A DNA stretch of 64,000 bases, from positions 4,992,001 through 5,056,000 of the forward strand of contig CAWIAD010000002.1 of assembly GCA_963833985.1 (NCBI GenBank). The letters run 5' to 3'. The notes beneath the pieces were generated by a model. The model did no database searches. It was not told the DNA's origin and was given only the letters and a program-made list of their open reading frames with translations. The stretch is from an uncultured Planctomycetaceae bacterium (lineage in GTDB: Bacteria > Planctomycetota > Planctomycetia > Isosphaerales > Isosphaeraceae). This document shows positions 62,591 through 64,000 of the stretch, in pieces. Within the stretch, counting starts at the first letter, position 1. Every line of letters starts with the position of its first letter. A program made the translations under genes and the position numbers.

Positions 62591-63680
62591 TCAGTACGCC
62601 TGCAAGAGCTCGACCATGGCGCGGTCCAGCTTGCGCCCGTGCCAGTTTTCATACTGCACATCGGCCCGGCCGCTGTCGCAGACGCCGAAGGTGCCGACGA
62701 AGTTCCAGAGCGCCCATCCCCATCCGGCTTCCTTGTACAGCTCCAGCATGTCGCGCATCCAGGCGAGCGCCACCGGGTGCGGCGTGTGCTGGTGCACTCC
62801 CCACTCACCGACGAACATGCCGACTCCCTGCTTTTCCAGCTTTTGCCAGGGCTCGAAGAGGGTGCGGCGGATCGTCTCGCGGTCGACGATCTTGCCGTCG
62901 CGTTGCTTGAGCGGCCACGTGGGTTCCGGCCAGTTCTTGTTCCAGTGCGCCCACTCCGCCTTGTAGTGCGTCACGGGGATCGGGTCGTACGAGTGGATGT
63001 CGGCGGCGACGTTCAGTCCCAGCAGCTCGGTGATCGGCGTGCGGGCCCAGTTGCGCCCGTCGACGATGATCAGCCGCTCGGGGTCCCGGGCGCGGGTCGC
63101 CTTGACGAGCTGCTCGGTCACCCTGCGCAGGTCCTCGGCCTTCACCTTGTCGTCGGGTTCGTTGAACAGGTTGAAGCTGAGATGGCTATTCGGCACGCCC
63201 TTGTAGCGCTCGGCGAACACCGACCACTGGTACGCGGCACAGCTCGGCGGGCTCGGACTCGGTCCAGAGGTTGGTTTTCTCCGCGGGGTAGACCTGGCCG
63301 AACCCGGGGGCAATGTGGAAGTCGAGCAGCAGGGCGATGCCGTGCTGCTTGCCGAGCTCGACGGCCCGGTCGATCTGCTTGAGGACCGGCTCCTTCAGAT
63401 TTCTCGGATCGGCCGGGTCGGTCCAGTCATGATAGTTGAGCGCGACGCGGAGGAAGTTGAAGCCCAGGTCGGCGACGTCGGTGAAATCGCGCTCGTCGAA
63501 GAGCGCCCGGCGCCGGCCGCGGTAAGAGACCGGCAGGTTGAAGCCTCTCCAGCGGGGCAGCTTGTGGGGCGTGGCATCAGGCAACGCGGGACGGGCCCCA
63601 TCGGCAGCCAGCGCGCGGGCGGCAAGTCCGCCCAGGCCCGCGGACGCCAGCGTCATGCGCAGCACATCGCGGCGGTTCAT
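62591..63680 (-). CDS. Tat-exported GH5 (cellulase-family) glycoside hydrolase (frameshift ~63237)
   Basis: MNRRDVL Tat signal, WRGFNL, GFNFLRV, LFNEP acid/base, HSY, VGEWG nucleophile, WALWNF. Confidence 0.92.
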
Positions 63681-64000
63681 TGCGAGATTCCTCCAGGGAA
63701 CAGGGCGACGGCGTGTTTGCCACGGTGGCACTGAAAGGCGCAGCGTCGCGCGAGCACGGGGTGGGATCTGGTCGCGACCGTGCCGGATCGTGCGGACACT
63801 TCGGGCGGGAGCTTGCACCCCTGCTCCGGGTCCTGATCGGTCCTCCGGGGCGAGGTTGCTTCTCAGGGTGCGATCCTGCGGCGACCGAACCAGGCAGCCA
63901 AAGTCTTGCTGCTTCCCCCATCATCAGCCCTGGACGCCGCGGACTCAAGGACCAAGCGAGACAGCGCCTGCTCTGCTACCCCGAGCGTCACTACCATCTG

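Noticed and set aside
63700..64000. Possible riboswitch/ncRNA upstream of the GH5 gene
   Set aside because: No recognisable conserved motif; the region is cut by the window edge.
1..64000. Numerous long antisense or alternative-frame ORFs
   Set aside because: Expected shadows of real genes in high-GC DNA; Arg/Pro/Ala-rich with no motifs.

Overview
A high-GC bacterial chromosomal window, inferred to be Planctomycetota (probably Isosphaeraceae-like) from two DUF1501 genes, DUF1549/DUF1553, a planctomycete cytochrome-c/WD40 gene, a planctomycete-type ECF sigma factor with a Ser/Thr kinase, and LEPR-XLL N-termini. The right part holds core genes (Glu/Leu/Phe/Val dehydrogenase, purB, rpsU, csrA, ispF, cysS, ruvC). 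About 14 genes, including essential cysS, carry single-base frameshifts, most likely long-read indel errors. The most unusual region is ~30.4-43.0 kb around an HUH/Y1 (RAYT-like) transposase gene (41419-42453). Upstream of it is a telomere-like stuttered AAAAGGACAG tract and downstream a hairpin array. The same GGACAGGCAAYGCAGCCTT end motif recurs in two 54-bp near-palindromic elements (31787-31840, 39484-39537), and a shorter AAGGACAG-type half-site lies at 30535-30556. These sites, each with stuttered tails, divide the region into three cargo-like segments, two of which end in a gene cut off at the junction; this is consistent with a Y1-nuclease-built DNA-capture array (inference). Other notable items: a leaderless, apparently autoregulated MerR gene ahead of a VIT-vWA-pseudokinase gene, a TA-like pair between the ECF sigma factor and its kinase, and a sigma54/GGA-rich csrA leader. 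No rRNA, tRNA or CRISPR-Cas was recognised. All family calls are by eye; no database search was run.
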